The notes: a model not told the origin generated them from the sequence alone. Shown: positions 46,293-55,107, counted from the stretch's first letter. The stretch: DNA of 64,000 nt from Candidatus Omnitrophota bacterium (GCA_025453395.1 JALOQK010000007.1:6524-70523), one strand, 5' to 3'. Numbers and translations: made by a program.

Positions 46293-46293
46293 A

Positions 46294-49200
46294 TTATTTA
46301 GTTAAACCGCTTTTACGCAGATAATCGCTTTCGCTCATCTGCGGCCTTACTCCGTACATGGGATTAGGAAAAACCCAGAACTTGGTTTCTATGGCACCCA
46401 TGCCGCCGTGGAACACCTGGGCCTGGATAGAATACCTGTTCCGGGATAAATCTGCAGGCATATACCAATGTTGCAGGCCCTGCTCTGTCTTAAGGGTTAA
46501 TTCTGAAGCCGAATCAACAAGATAAGCATCCAGCCACGAAGCGGGTTTCTCTGGATAAGAAATTTCTGTGGACAGCGTCTCAAATCCGCCTTTTCTGGCC
46601 AAGGGATTATCAGCGTAATTGCTCGCGGTCTGTTTGTTGAAAGTATTAGTAAAACCATAATCCGCGTTCCAGATTAAATTTTCTGACTGGCCTGCAGCCT
46701 TAGCCGCGTACTTAAAGGCTAACTGCTGGCGGGTGATCGGCTCGCTTACATCCTTTAAGGTGTGCAACCTGACTAATCTCTGCGGCTGCATATTAAACAT
46801 CCGGGTAACCCCGGGCACCTGCACTAACGCGCCGGCTATAGCATTACCCGCAGCATCCTGATTAGACTGTGAATATAAATAAGACAAGGTCTCAGCCAGC
46901 CCTTTACTGTTATAAATATTGACTAGGGTGGGAAGCGAATATGCGGAATATGAATTCGCGTAATTATGCCAGGCAAAAGAAGAGATCTGCGATGAATCTA
47001 CGCCAAACCCTGCTTTGCCGCGTTCAGAGGTCAACGGTAAACCAAAGGTAAACATCTTATTCGCCCACTCAACATTTGACTGCTGCATACTAGCCCCCAC
47101 AGAACGCATAAGCCCGGGATTTCTATCGTCGGCAACAAGGCTGGCTACCCAGCGGGGATCTTCGGCCCCCTGGTTATAATCCCACTTCATCCTCTCCCGA
47201 TGCAAAATAAGCCCGTTGCCCGGGGTCATGTTATAAGTAGCTACGAATTTATTAAAAGCAAGCAAGTCTCTATCATAGGAGGTCTGGCTTAATACATCCT
47301 GTATGGCATTGTAACTGGGATTTTCTACTGCCTGGCCATATTGGTCTAATATCATACTTCCGGTCTTGACATCTGTAAGATAGAAGCTCTCTTTATACGG
47401 CTGGGGCATGACAAAATCCAATTCATTCTGCCATTCAGATTTATCTGCGGTAGAATTGTTCCAACCCAAAGACCATGCCGCCCCGCGTATCACTGAAGCA
47501 GCCATATTCACTCCGGAAGAGAAAAGCATCTTTGTCGTCATATTTCTTTCATCGCCGAAGTTCTTATCCAAAGCAGACTGCAGGCCTCCGGTAACCAGGC
47601 TTTCAAATACACCGGAAGTTACTCCACTATAAACCTGACTGGCAAATATCTGGCCCCTTGTAACGCCAATCTGTTTTAAGGCCTCATCAGTAGTAAGCGC
47701 GTCAGCCAAACCTTTCAATTGGCCCATAGATACCTTACCGGCAAACATAGGCATCTTTTCAGCGAGTTGCTTCCTCAAGGAAGCTATGGCCAAGTTACGA
47801 TTCATCTGGGCCTCATCAATACTTCCTCTTTGTAAATTTAATGACCCGGCCAAAGCCTTGCTATTAATCCTTTCCTGTTCTACTATCCCGGAGTTGTTTG
47901 CGCCTAAAGCATTATTTATCTTATTTTGTAACTGTTCTTGGGATAATTTCTGCGCATCCCCTTGAACCAAAAGAAGCTCAAACGGAATACTGGCGATTTT
48001 ATTTAGCTCCTTGTTATACTGCTCGAAGGTTATCTTTCCATCACGATAGTCTTTGTATGTTTTCTGTATTAAAGCAATGTCTTTAGCGCTTGCCAGATCC
48101 ACGCCAGCTGCGCGCAAGGTATAATCATAACGAAGCCTGGCCTCTATTTTGTCCTGTTTGCTGCCAAAATACCTTGAGGCATCTAACCCGTAGGTATTGG
48201 CCATGCCGCTAAATATAGGATAACTTACAGACTGAACCAGGCCTCCTACCAAAGGAGCCAGATATTTCTTTTTTTCCGGCAAGCTGTTGGTGGCAATTAT
48301 AGACATGGAGCTGGCGGCTAATCCCGGCCAACTCTGGGCATTAAAAGTATCCACAAAAGCGGCCTTGGCGAATCTGCCAAAAATTTGGCCGCCGCCTATT
48401 TGAGCTTTAGTATCAGTCCATTTTAAAATATCGGGATTGCTGGTGGGTTCAGCCAGATAGCGGCCAGGCTCAAGAGGCCCTTTAGGCACAACAGAAACAT
48501 CTGAAAATTGCCACATTTTATTTTTATCCAATGAAACCTCGTTGCCGCTTTTTGCATCAATATATTTTGAGTCATAATGATATACCTTGGGGTCCCAAAT
48601 AGACCTGCCTAAATTCGTAGCGCTTACCCCCGCAAACATCCCCAATATCTGCGCTGTTGCCCCGGGATTTTTTGCTGAATTGATTTTATCGCGATCTAAC
48701 GCGGCTATTACCGCGCTATTAGCAAACCCGCTCAAGGCTCCGACAGAAGCGCCTTTAAGCATATTAGAAAAGTTGGTGTTAAATCCAAAGTTACTAAAAC
48801 TGTTAGTGGTTTGAGTAATTCCAAAGGAATGCGTTGGTAGGCTAGGATTATTAATCTGGCTGTTAAGTGCTTCGGTCGGCTTAGCATCGCCAAGGGCGTC
48901 TGACGGATTAAGAAATCCCGCGGTTGCTCCGATTGCAACCCCAGAAACAATCATGGTGGTAGCCGGCTTCCACCCATAATAATTTCCTGCCACGCCCACA
49001 AGTCTTCCCACTTGGGAAGCGGCAACAAAAGTAGTATAACCTTTGGCCATGTTTGTAAGAGCAAAGCTGTTCTTTAAGGCGTCTCCCATAGCCGAGAAAG
49101 GCTTAATCGCGTTTACAGCAGTACTTCCTGGAGTGTTTGTAATAAGATTGCCCATGCCGGTGAAAGTATTGCTAAATCTGGTGCCCATGGTCGCGGTTTC

Positions 49201-49452
49201 AGAAGTAACTGGAGTTGCGGCTTCAAAACCGGAATTTAAGCTTGCGCCAATTGCCGCGGTACCAATAGAGATACCCGCGCTGGTAGCTATTTTGCCCCAA
49301 TCCACTTTAGAAATTTCTCCGCCGCCTGCGGAACTCCGAGCAGCAAAAGCTAATGGTTGTAATATTAAACAAAAAATTATTATTAGGGAAATAAGGTTTC
49401 CCCCTTTCCCCAATCTTTGACTGGTTTTCATCTGCAACTTTTTTTCAGTCAT
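46294..49452 (-). CDS. Exported 1052-aa protein with N-terminal signal/anchor and a G/S/T/A/N-rich N-terminal half; function unknown. Probably co-transcribed with the giant gene (1-nt spacer).
   Basis: ORF track. The N-terminus is MTEKKLQMKTSQRLGKGGNLISLIIIFCLILQPLAFAARSSAGGG. The stop at 46294-46296 is followed by the giant-gene ATG at 46290-46292. Confidence 0.8.
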   Translation of the reverse strand: MTEKKLQMKTSQRLGKGGNLISLIIIFCLILQPLAFAARSSAGGGEISKVDWGKIATSAGISIGTAAIGASLNSGFEAATPVTSETATMGTRFSNTFTGMGNLITNTPGSTAVNAIKPFSAMGDALKNSFALTNMAKGYTTFVAASQVGRLVGVAGNYYGWKPATTMIVSGVAIGATAGFLNPSDALGDAKPTEALNSQINNPSLPTHSFGITQTTNSFSNFGFNTNFSNMLKGASVGALSGFANSAVIAALDRDKINSAKNPGATAQILGMFAGVSATNLGRSIWDPKVYHYDSKYIDAKSGNEVSLDKNKMWQFSDVSVVPKGPLEPGRYLAEPTSNPDILKWTDTKAQIGGGQIFGRFAKAAFVDTFNAQSWPGLAASSMSIIATNSLPEKKKYLAPLVGGLVQSVSYPIFSGMANTYGLDASRYFGSKQDKIEARLRYDYTLRAAGVDLASAKDIALIQKTYKDYRDGKITFEQYNKELNKIASIPFELLLVQGDAQKLSQEQLQNKINNALGANNSGIVEQERINSKALAGSLNLQRGSIDEAQMNRNLAIASLRKQLAEKMPMFAGKVSMGQLKGLADALTTDEALKQIGVTRGQIFASQVYSGVTSGVFESLVTGGLQSALDKNFGDERNMTTKMLFSSGVNMAASVIRGAAWSLGWNNSTADKSEWQNELDFVMPQPYKESFYLTDVKTGSMILDQYGQAVENPSYNAIQDVLSQTSYDRDLLAFNKFVATYNMTPGNGLILHRERMKWDYNQGAEDPRWVASLVADDRNPGLMRSVGASMQQSNVEWANKMFTFGLPLTSERGKAGFGVDSSQISSFAWHNYANSYSAYSLPTLVNIYNSKGLAETLSYLYSQSNQDAAGNAIAGALVQVPGVTRMFNMQPQRLVRLHTLKDVSEPITRQQLAFKYAAKAAGQSENLIWNADYGFTNTFNKQTASNYADNPLARKGGFETLSTEISYPEKPASWLDAYLVDSASELTLKTEQGLQHWYMPADLSRNRYSIQAQVFHGGMGAIETKFWVFPNPMYGVRPQMSESDYLRKSGLTK

Positions 49453-49599
49453 TTTTGAGTTTTTAAGCTCTTTGTGAAACTATTTGTTATCAACTTAAAA
49501 AGAAAACCGGACTGTCAAATACCTGATTTCTCGTCGGTATCGGCAGCCCGGCTATCTTAAGCTTTTACTTTTTCGCTTTACTTTTTTCGCTTTTAAGAT

Positions 49600-49620
49600 C
49601 CGTGGCTTTGCGCCCTCCGA
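49600..49620 (-). promoter_or_regulatory. Conserved leader motif CCGTGGCTTTGCG-N-CCTCCGA (+ strand), copy A. A partial second copy CCGTGGCTTTC lies at 49645-49655.
   Basis: The same 13-mer plus CCTCCGA recurs at 58524-58553, at the same relative position (about +20 to +60) downstream of a second TTGACA/TATAGT promoter. Confidence 0.5.
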
Positions 49621-49669
49621 TTTCTCGGAGTTTGCCTGTTCGTTCCGTGGCTTTCTTAACGACACTTGA

Positions 49670-49697
49670 AGTATAACATATACATATATAGTGTCAA
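49670..49697 (-). promoter_or_regulatory. Near-consensus sigma70 promoter for the operon of the 1052-aa gene plus the giant gene: -35 TTGACA (49692-49697), 16-nt spacer, -10 TATACT (49670-49675)
   Basis: The minus strand reads gcgcTTGACActatatatgtatatgtTATACTtcaag. It lies about 215 nt upstream of the ATG at 49452. Confidence 0.55.
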
Positions 49698-49969
49698 GCG
49701 CTTTTACAAAGAATTTTGAGAGCGTTTTCAATCCGGGGATTTTGGCATATTCTGTTGCGAATAATGAGGTTTGGCGCCTGCTAAAAAAGAGCTTAAAGAG
49801 CTGATATTGCACTATTTTTAGAACTCTAAAACGGCCTTTTCTTAGGGTAAGTTTGAGGGTGAATAACGGGGGTGGGTAGTCAGGAATGAGTGGTGGGTTT
49901 AGCTAGACTAATAACCCACTACCCCTGCCTACCGGCAGGCGGCACAACTCATCCTCAGATTGGACATTG

Positions 49970-50018
49970 AACGGGCAGATTGGACATTAATATTGCAGAT
50001 TGGACATTTCATAGTTTG
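49970..50018 (+). promoter_or_regulatory. Operator-like array of 3 perfect copies of CAGATTGGACATT with 20-bp centre-to-centre phasing (TTGGACATT at 49970, 49990 and 50010)
   Basis: Direct sequence. The same TTGGACATT core recurs 3 times at 60431, 60471 and 60491 over the promoter of the HTH gene. Confidence 0.6.
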
Positions 50019-50554
50019 AAACAATCTGGATATTTGGCATTATATTCAGCTATCTTGGCTTCTTTAGCAGTTATCTTCTCGCTGATTAGTTCAATTTGCT
50101 TCTCTATCGTGTTAATTGCCTTGTTTAGCTTCTCAATAGCAGAGGCATAATCGCCACCAGTAGCCTGCAATGCCAATATCTGGCTTTTTAAATCATCAAC
50201 CGTTGCCTCTAAAGAGGCTCTTTGCGCCAAAAGCCCGGTAGTTACTTCACCATCCGGCTTGGCCTCACCATCAAGCTCTTTGCGCATAACAGCTATCCTG
50301 GCCAATATAATCGGGCAATCATCTTTTTCTTCTGGCGGCTCAGGAACAATAGCGCCGCTTTTAGAGGTATTTTGAGATTGGGTTATTCCCAAAGCATACT
50401 GATTTCCCTCTCCAAAAACATCTCCTGCCTGGCGATATTTATCCTGCACTGACCTGCCCATATAAATCTTCATCGCCACTAATGCCGCGGCGATTATAAT
50501 AACCAGAACCGCATACTCAATAAAACCTTGTGCCTTATTTTTTATTTTCCGCAT
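50009..50554 (-). CDS. Flp-type pilin-like N-terminus (KAQGFIEYAVLVIIIAAALVAM) fused to a C-terminal coiled-coil domain of about 100 aa (181 aa)
   Basis: ORF track. It has the (A/G)Q(G/S/T)xxEY class-III prepilin motif followed by a hydrophobic helix. The C-terminal half has a heptad-rich sequence (LEATVDDLKSQILALQ...KQIELISEKITAKEAKIAEYNAKY). Confidence 0.65.
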   Translation of the reverse strand: MRKIKNKAQGFIEYAVLVIIIAAALVAMKIYMGRSVQDKYRQAGDVFGEGNQYALGITQSQNTSKSGAIVPEPPEEKDDCPIILARIAVMRKELDGEAKPDGEVTTGLLAQRASLEATVDDLKSQILALQATGGDYASAIEKLNKAINTIEKQIELISEKITAKEAKIAEYNAKYPDCFKL

Positions 50555-51461
50555 AGTCCACCAATATTGTGGTTATTGACATATTCTCAGAGGCATTGCT
50601 GGCATTAGAAAGCATAATATTACATTTGTCCCCGGACGGATTAGAAAAATTCAATTCGGTCAAGGCTAACTCTATCTTCATATCTGCCGCTGGCGTCAGC
50701 TTCTTGCATGAAGGACAATCCCCGGACACGCCTCCGGCAACCTTTCTTTCAATAGGCTTCATATCCACCAGGTTCCATCCTTTAGCGGACATATTATCCT
50801 TATAAAAATTGGCCACAGGCTCTATATCGCTTGAGACAGAATAAGTCGCTCTCATTGTTTTATCCTGCTCTGACAAAGTCAACAAGGATGCCCCCGGATA
50901 AACCGGAGTAACGTCTTTCTTTGGATGCGCCAGCAACTTGGGGAAAACATTTTCCGCCTCTTTAGAAGAACTTGCATTATCATTTGTCTTGCTGTATGAA
51001 ACCGTAAATCTTGTCTTATTGTCCCGGGAAAATTCAGAAGGCATAAAACTTATGATCACCTGCTCCGGGTCTTTAGAAAAATACATGGTGCGCCCCATGG
51101 AATCTTCCATTTCCGGGGTCACCCTTACTGCCGGCAGTTTCTTTAGATTCTGCATTAATTCCTGCTCTGTCCAGCCTGATGCCGATAATTTTTTGCGGTA
51201 GAAATCCTTTATTGCCGCGGCGCCCTGGCTGGAAGCATAATAAATAAAATCTAATTTTCTCCCGGCGATCATCCGCTCTTCCCTCTTGACTTCTTCCGTT
51301 CCATAAGGAACGGACAATTCCTGTTTGGCAGATCCAAGTTCCCACCAGGAAGCGGAAGCAGAATTGGCCCCCGCGGTCAAAATAAAAATCATCAGCGCCA
51401 CCGGAAACATTTTTTTACGGCAATAAAACATTTTTCTCTTCCTCCTGTTTTCTAAAAACAA
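50535..51461 (-). CDS. Exported hypothetical protein with two related domains (xFYxxxxSAxGW motif twice). The true start is probably one of the internal Met codons (MFPVALMIFILTAGANSASA).
   Basis: ORF track. The N-terminus is signal-like. Its 5' end overlaps the end of the upstream TadG-like gene. Confidence 0.6.
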   Translation of the reverse strand: MFLENRRKRKMFYCRKKMFPVALMIFILTAGANSASASWWELGSAKQELSVPYGTEEVKREERMIAGRKLDFIYYASSQGAAAIKDFYRKKLSASGWTEQELMQNLKKLPAVRVTPEMEDSMGRTMYFSKDPEQVIISFMPSEFSRDNKTRFTVSYSKTNDNASSSKEAENVFPKLLAHPKKDVTPVYPGASLLTLSEQDKTMRATYSVSSDIEPVANFYKDNMSAKGWNLVDMKPIERKVAGGVSGDCPSCKKLTPAADMKIELALTELNFSNPSGDKCNIMLSNASNASENMSITTILVDYAENKK

Positions 51462-53281
51462 TCGGCATTGGCGGTACGCAGTTCTTTTATTTGCGTCTCT
51501 ATGTCCGCGGCATTTTGCCTGAAACCATCGGCATTATCCCTTAACAGATCCGCGGAAGCAAAAAGTGCGTTGGCCTGCTCTATCAACCCGGCAACCAACA
51601 ATGCGTTTGCCTCAACCTCCGTCTCACTTGCCTGACTTTCCATAGTTGCGGCGTTTTGATATAAATCCACTACTTGCCCTTCCAAAGCCGAAACATCTTC
51701 AACAACACTTTTGCAACGGTTATAGGTTACCCCCGGGTCGTCGGTCTCCACAATCGAGGCATCATGGCGCAATACCGGTTCATGGATCTGGCCAAGCCCG
51801 GTGAAATTAACCACACTGTAACTTGTAATATCCGGATATTCTGTTTGCCACAAACCAAGATCCCCGCCTTGATGATGTTGAGTAGTCCTTAAAGTAACTA
51901 AGCGGTCATGCACAATATCATCTATCCAGCAGATGATAAAAGGAAATGACGACTCAAGGTTTCCGCTTCGCACTGGGTACGCCGGCAACAATCCTGCCAA
52001 GGCTATGGCAAGAGGTGCGTACATTGAGGCCATCGTAGCTATGGCTGCTGCATTAGATTCCAAACCAAGTGCATTCATTTTTAAACCGGCGAAATTGGTT
52101 TCTATGCCTGCAAAAAGAGCAGCTTCCGCAGCCGCACATTGCGTAGCCCAGGTATGGCAACAAGGACAACCGGCATGGCAATGGCTGTGGCAACATGATA
52201 AACAAGGCCCCACGCAGGCGCAGGCAAGGACCAGAGCATCTTCTGCGATAGTATAACTTACTCCCGCTGCCACCCAACTAGCCTCAGCGGAAGCATATGA
52301 TGCCCCTGCCGCAGTTAAGGAAGCTGTAGCTGCCTTTGCAGAAGAAATAATATTCCACAAAAGCGGCAATTCCACAACACTGGGAAGTGCCGCGACTTTT
52401 AAATCAAAGGTATCCACCTTATCAAGCTTAACGCTTGTTTTGACAAAATGCAATCTTTCCTGGCCGTCTACCCAGCGATATTCATATTCATCGCCATGCT
52501 TTATATTATCAAGAAAATCGCTAAAGCTATCCCGGTAATTATTTCTTGCATCATCGCCAACAACAGAACTTGCGGGCTTGCCGGCTTTAAGCTTTGAACC
52601 GATTTCGCTGTTCATAAAAGCGAATTTATGCGCCAGTTCAATCGCGCTTTCCCTGCCTTCTTTTGCCATCTTTCTTATTGAAGCGTAAAAATAGATCTGC
52701 GCTGCGGCAAAGGCAGCAACAGAAATAAAGATCGCTATAAGCGTAGTAGTAAAAACCTCCATTGCCTCAAGCGCCAAGCCAATAGCAATTATCGCCTTGC
52801 CTATGCTAAATCCCGCCGCAGCCAGTTTCCCGATTGCCGCTGAAGTAAAGCCCAATGCCGCGCAAGGTGACGGACATGCAGTTGATTCCGCGGAACCGGC
52901 AGCAATTACCGCGGCAGTGGCTGCGGCCTCCGCGGCGGTTGCCGCAGCCTGACCGGCAATCGCCTGCGTATGCGCCTGGATCAAGTTATAAGTAGCAATG
53001 GCAAAAGAAACAGCCACCAGCGCATAAAACTCCCAATACCCTGTTTCCATGGCTGAATTGGCCTGGGCTACGCCGTTAAAGACATTTGCCATCACCGACC
53101 CGCCGGCTAAACTTCCGGCATCAGCGGCATTGCTGGTATCGGTCTTAAAAAAAGCCACCTTGCTTAAATTCATAGTCACCAGCGACATGGTGATAAGCAC
53201 AACCAGAACCACAAGAAATATGGGGATAAGCTGGCCCTTTTTGCCGAGACGGAATTTATAGAAATGAAATCTACGGAACAT
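51452..53281 (-). CDS. tadG: TadG-like pilus assembly protein (609 aa) with an N-terminal Tad_N-type TM segment and an unusual Cys/His-rich cluster
   Basis: The N-terminus is GQLIPIFLVVLVVLITMSLVTMNLSKV ... NAADAGSLAGG (a TadE/G-like motif). The internal cluster is CACVGPCLSCCHSHCHAGCPCCHTWATQC (about 52140-52230). Confidence 0.6.
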   Translation of the reverse strand: MFRRFHFYKFRLGKKGQLIPIFLVVLVVLITMSLVTMNLSKVAFFKTDTSNAADAGSLAGGSVMANVFNGVAQANSAMETGYWEFYALVAVSFAIATYNLIQAHTQAIAGQAAATAAEAAATAAVIAAGSAESTACPSPCAALGFTSAAIGKLAAAGFSIGKAIIAIGLALEAMEVFTTTLIAIFISVAAFAAAQIYFYASIRKMAKEGRESAIELAHKFAFMNSEIGSKLKAGKPASSVVGDDARNNYRDSFSDFLDNIKHGDEYEYRWVDGQERLHFVKTSVKLDKVDTFDLKVAALPSVVELPLLWNIISSAKAATASLTAAGASYASAEASWVAAGVSYTIAEDALVLACACVGPCLSCCHSHCHAGCPCCHTWATQCAAAEAALFAGIETNFAGLKMNALGLESNAAAIATMASMYAPLAIALAGLLPAYPVRSGNLESSFPFIICWIDDIVHDRLVTLRTTQHHQGGDLGLWQTEYPDITSYSVVNFTGLGQIHEPVLRHDASIVETDDPGVTYNRCKSVVEDVSALEGQVVDLYQNAATMESQASETEVEANALLVAGLIEQANALFASADLLRDNADGFRQNAADIETQIKELRTANADCF

Positions 53282-53288
53282 ATTATTC

Positions 53289-53573
53289 CTATTTTTGCCC
53301 TGTGCCGCCGGTTAAGACTTCTTCTTCTGTCAGATTATCCGGGGCATAGACCGGCCAGCGTAGCGTGTATTTGTCAGACGAAGTCCCGGCGGGAACCCGC
53401 GAGGCATTATAATTGGCCTGCCGCTTGACGATCTGGGCGTTGCCCCAGAACCAGATCCTGATGATCCCGCCGATAAAAAGAAAAATAATAATGAAAACCA
53501 CCGCGGTCTCAAGCGTTGACTGCCCGGATCGGCCTTTCTTAATCGGATTTATTCTGCGAACGGAGTTACCCAT
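53289..53573 (-). CDS. tadE: TadE-like minor pseudopilin (94 aa)
   Basis: The N-terminus is GQSTLETAVVFIIIFLFIGGIIRIWFW. It lies within the tad gene string. Confidence 0.55.
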   Translation of the reverse strand: MGNSVRRINPIKKGRSGQSTLETAVVFIIIFLFIGGIIRIWFWGNAQIVKRQANYNASRVPAGTSSDKYTLRWPVYAPDNLTEEEVLTGGTGQK

Positions 53574-54298
53574 TGCTGCGTCCTCTCCACTGTGCCATCC
53601 TTAGAGGCCTTACTGCTGTATTTATACTGACCATCAACCGGATCACGGTAAATATACTGCTCTACATCCACCAGATTTCCTCCTGAAATAATCTTATCAT
53701 TATCATCATTGCTATCGTCGTCGTTTTCCCTGATAGTGTAGGGAATAGTTGTCCTGATGCGCTCCTTAAGGCTAGAGCCCTTAATATTAGAAATACCGCC
53801 ATAATCTTCCTGCTTATTAACATTCTCTTCAAACTCAAGATTAGATTCTGTTGTCATATCTTCAACCCTTAAAGACCTGTTTTCTTCATCATCTTCTGAA
53901 ATATAATCACGGAATTTCCTTGTGTACTCGTCTTCATTGATCCGATAGGTCATGGTATTTTCCGGCTGTTCTCCCACCTTAGGCACTGCCCAAAACACAT
54001 TCGCAGAGCCGCTTACAGTCTGGGGGCTTCCTTTTTTGAAGCTTGAAAAATCCGCGTTGCGCCGATTCTGTAATAAGGTATACTGGACAGACGCGCCTGC
54101 TCCTTCGGATTCTGACCCGATATAAGTGCACCCCTTTTGCAACGCTCTCCGGAAAGCCTCCATTTTGGTGTATTGCTGGTCGTTTAATCTTTGCATGTAA
54201 GAAATAAGCATCCCGAATAAAAAAAGGATCAGCCCGCCGAAAATGGCAAGCTCTATGACTGCCTGGCCTTTTTCTCTGAAAACTGTCCCCGCGCGCAT
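53549..54298 (-). CDS. tadF: TadE/TadF-like pseudopilin (249 aa)
   Basis: The N-terminus is GQAVIELAIFGGLILFLFGMLISYMQ. It lies within the tad gene string. Confidence 0.55.
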   Translation of the reverse strand: MRAGTVFREKGQAVIELAIFGGLILFLFGMLISYMQRLNDQQYTKMEAFRRALQKGCTYIGSESEGAGASVQYTLLQNRRNADFSSFKKGSPQTVSGSANVFWAVPKVGEQPENTMTYRINEDEYTRKFRDYISEDDEENRSLRVEDMTTESNLEFEENVNKQEDYGGISNIKGSSLKERIRTTIPYTIRENDDDSNDDNDKIISGGNLVDVEQYIYRDPVDGQYKYSSKASKDGTVERTQQWVTPFAE

Positions 54299-54315
54299 TT
54301 TACCTCTTTCTTATG

Positions 54316-54750
54316 TTACTCCTTTGAATCTACTAAACTGGCCTCTAAATCTTCATTCTTAAATTCACTGTCAGACGCTCTTACAATATCATCAGGCAGA
54401 CCCTTCTTGGAAGAAATAAAATCGTATTTATCTTCGCCGCCCGCATATTCCTCTGAACGGCTGGAACCGGTAATAATGGTTGTGCCCTGAAGGTTGGAAC
54501 TTGTGCCGCCTCCCCGCAAAAGCCTAGTTGTGCTGACCATATCAGAAGTTGTGCTGGATTTACTTTGCGCGTACACCCCGGGGCTGGGCTCCCCTTCCTG
54601 AACAGGACTGATAAAAGCGTCTGTCATATCCTTAACTTTGCCCTGGAGGCCGCGTTTAATGTATGTATTCATACCGATAAAAGCCGCGGCCACCACGCTT
54701 AAGATAATCGCGTACTCCACAAAAGACAATCCTTTATTCTGTCTTATCAT
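54316..54750 (-). CDS. Flp-family pilin paralogue with extended C-terminal domain (144 aa)
   Basis: KGLSFVEYAIILSVVAAAFIGMNTYIKRGLQGKV. Confidence 0.65.
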   Translation of the reverse strand: MIRQNKGLSFVEYAIILSVVAAAFIGMNTYIKRGLQGKVKDMTDAFISPVQEGEPSPGVYAQSKSSTTSDMVSTTRLLRGGGTSSNLQGTTIITGSSRSEEYAGGEDKYDFISSKKGLPDDIVRASDSEFKNEDLEASLVDSKE

Positions 54751-54753
54751 CTT

Positions 54754-55104
54754 TTACCTCTGGGGTTCTTGGCTAAAATCCCCGACACTCTCATCCTTGC
54801 TTATATTCTGCTCTATCCGGGTACTGCTTTCCGAGATGCTCTTATTTGCTTCAAGCACAGAGCCTGAAGAACTGTCCGCGGGATTAGTGTAGCTTGTGGA
54901 AGTTTCCGCGATCTTACGCGTTATTCTGCTGTTGGCGACTGTCGCCCCGGGAGAATACATACCGCCATCGCTTATTTGCCCGGCAGTATTACGTAAAGAC
55001 CCCTGCACGCCTCTTTTAAAATAGACAGTCATGGAAAAAATAGCAATAGCCACAACCCCGATCATCACAACATACTCCATTATGCTCTGGGCCTTGTTCT
55101 TCAT
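54754..55104 (-). CDS. Flp-family pilin paralogue (116 aa)
   Basis: KAQSIMEYVVMIGVVAIAIFSMTVYFKRGVQG. Confidence 0.65.
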   Translation of the reverse strand: MKNKAQSIMEYVVMIGVVAIAIFSMTVYFKRGVQGSLRNTAGQISDGGMYSPGATVANSRITRKIAETSTSYTNPADSSSGSVLEANKSISESSTRIEQNISKDESVGDFSQEPQR

Positions 55105-55107
55105 AAC

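Noticed and set aside
202-45873. About 140 plus-strand ORFs of 60-205 aa across the region (for example 24766-25383 at 205 aa, 27868-28461 at 197 aa, 20392-20895 at 167 aa)
   Set aside because: All are antisense to the continuous minus-strand giant ORF. They are short, compositionally biased (S/L/P/C-rich), and lack RBS context, as expected for chance ORFs opposite a long coding strand.
49600-49612. CCGTGGCTTTGCG read as a sigma54 (-24 GG / -12 GC) promoter
   Set aside because: The GG-to-GC spacing is 4 nt instead of 10, and the orientation is opposite to the downstream genes. I kept it as a leader motif instead.
49552-49812. 86-aa minus-strand ORF between the Flp-coiled-coil gene and the 1052-aa gene
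   Set aside because: It spans the predicted sigma70 promoter (49670-49697) and the conserved leader motif. Its Lys-rich tail derives from the A-rich tandem gctttt(a)ctttttc repeats, so it is most likely non-coding leader.
49860-49930. G-rich inverted repeat (gtgggtt..aacccac) that I considered as a tRNA or ncRNA or a terminator of the upstream gene
   Set aside because: It has no acceptor, T-loop or anticodon architecture. The stem is imperfect and no U-tract follows on the transcribed strand.
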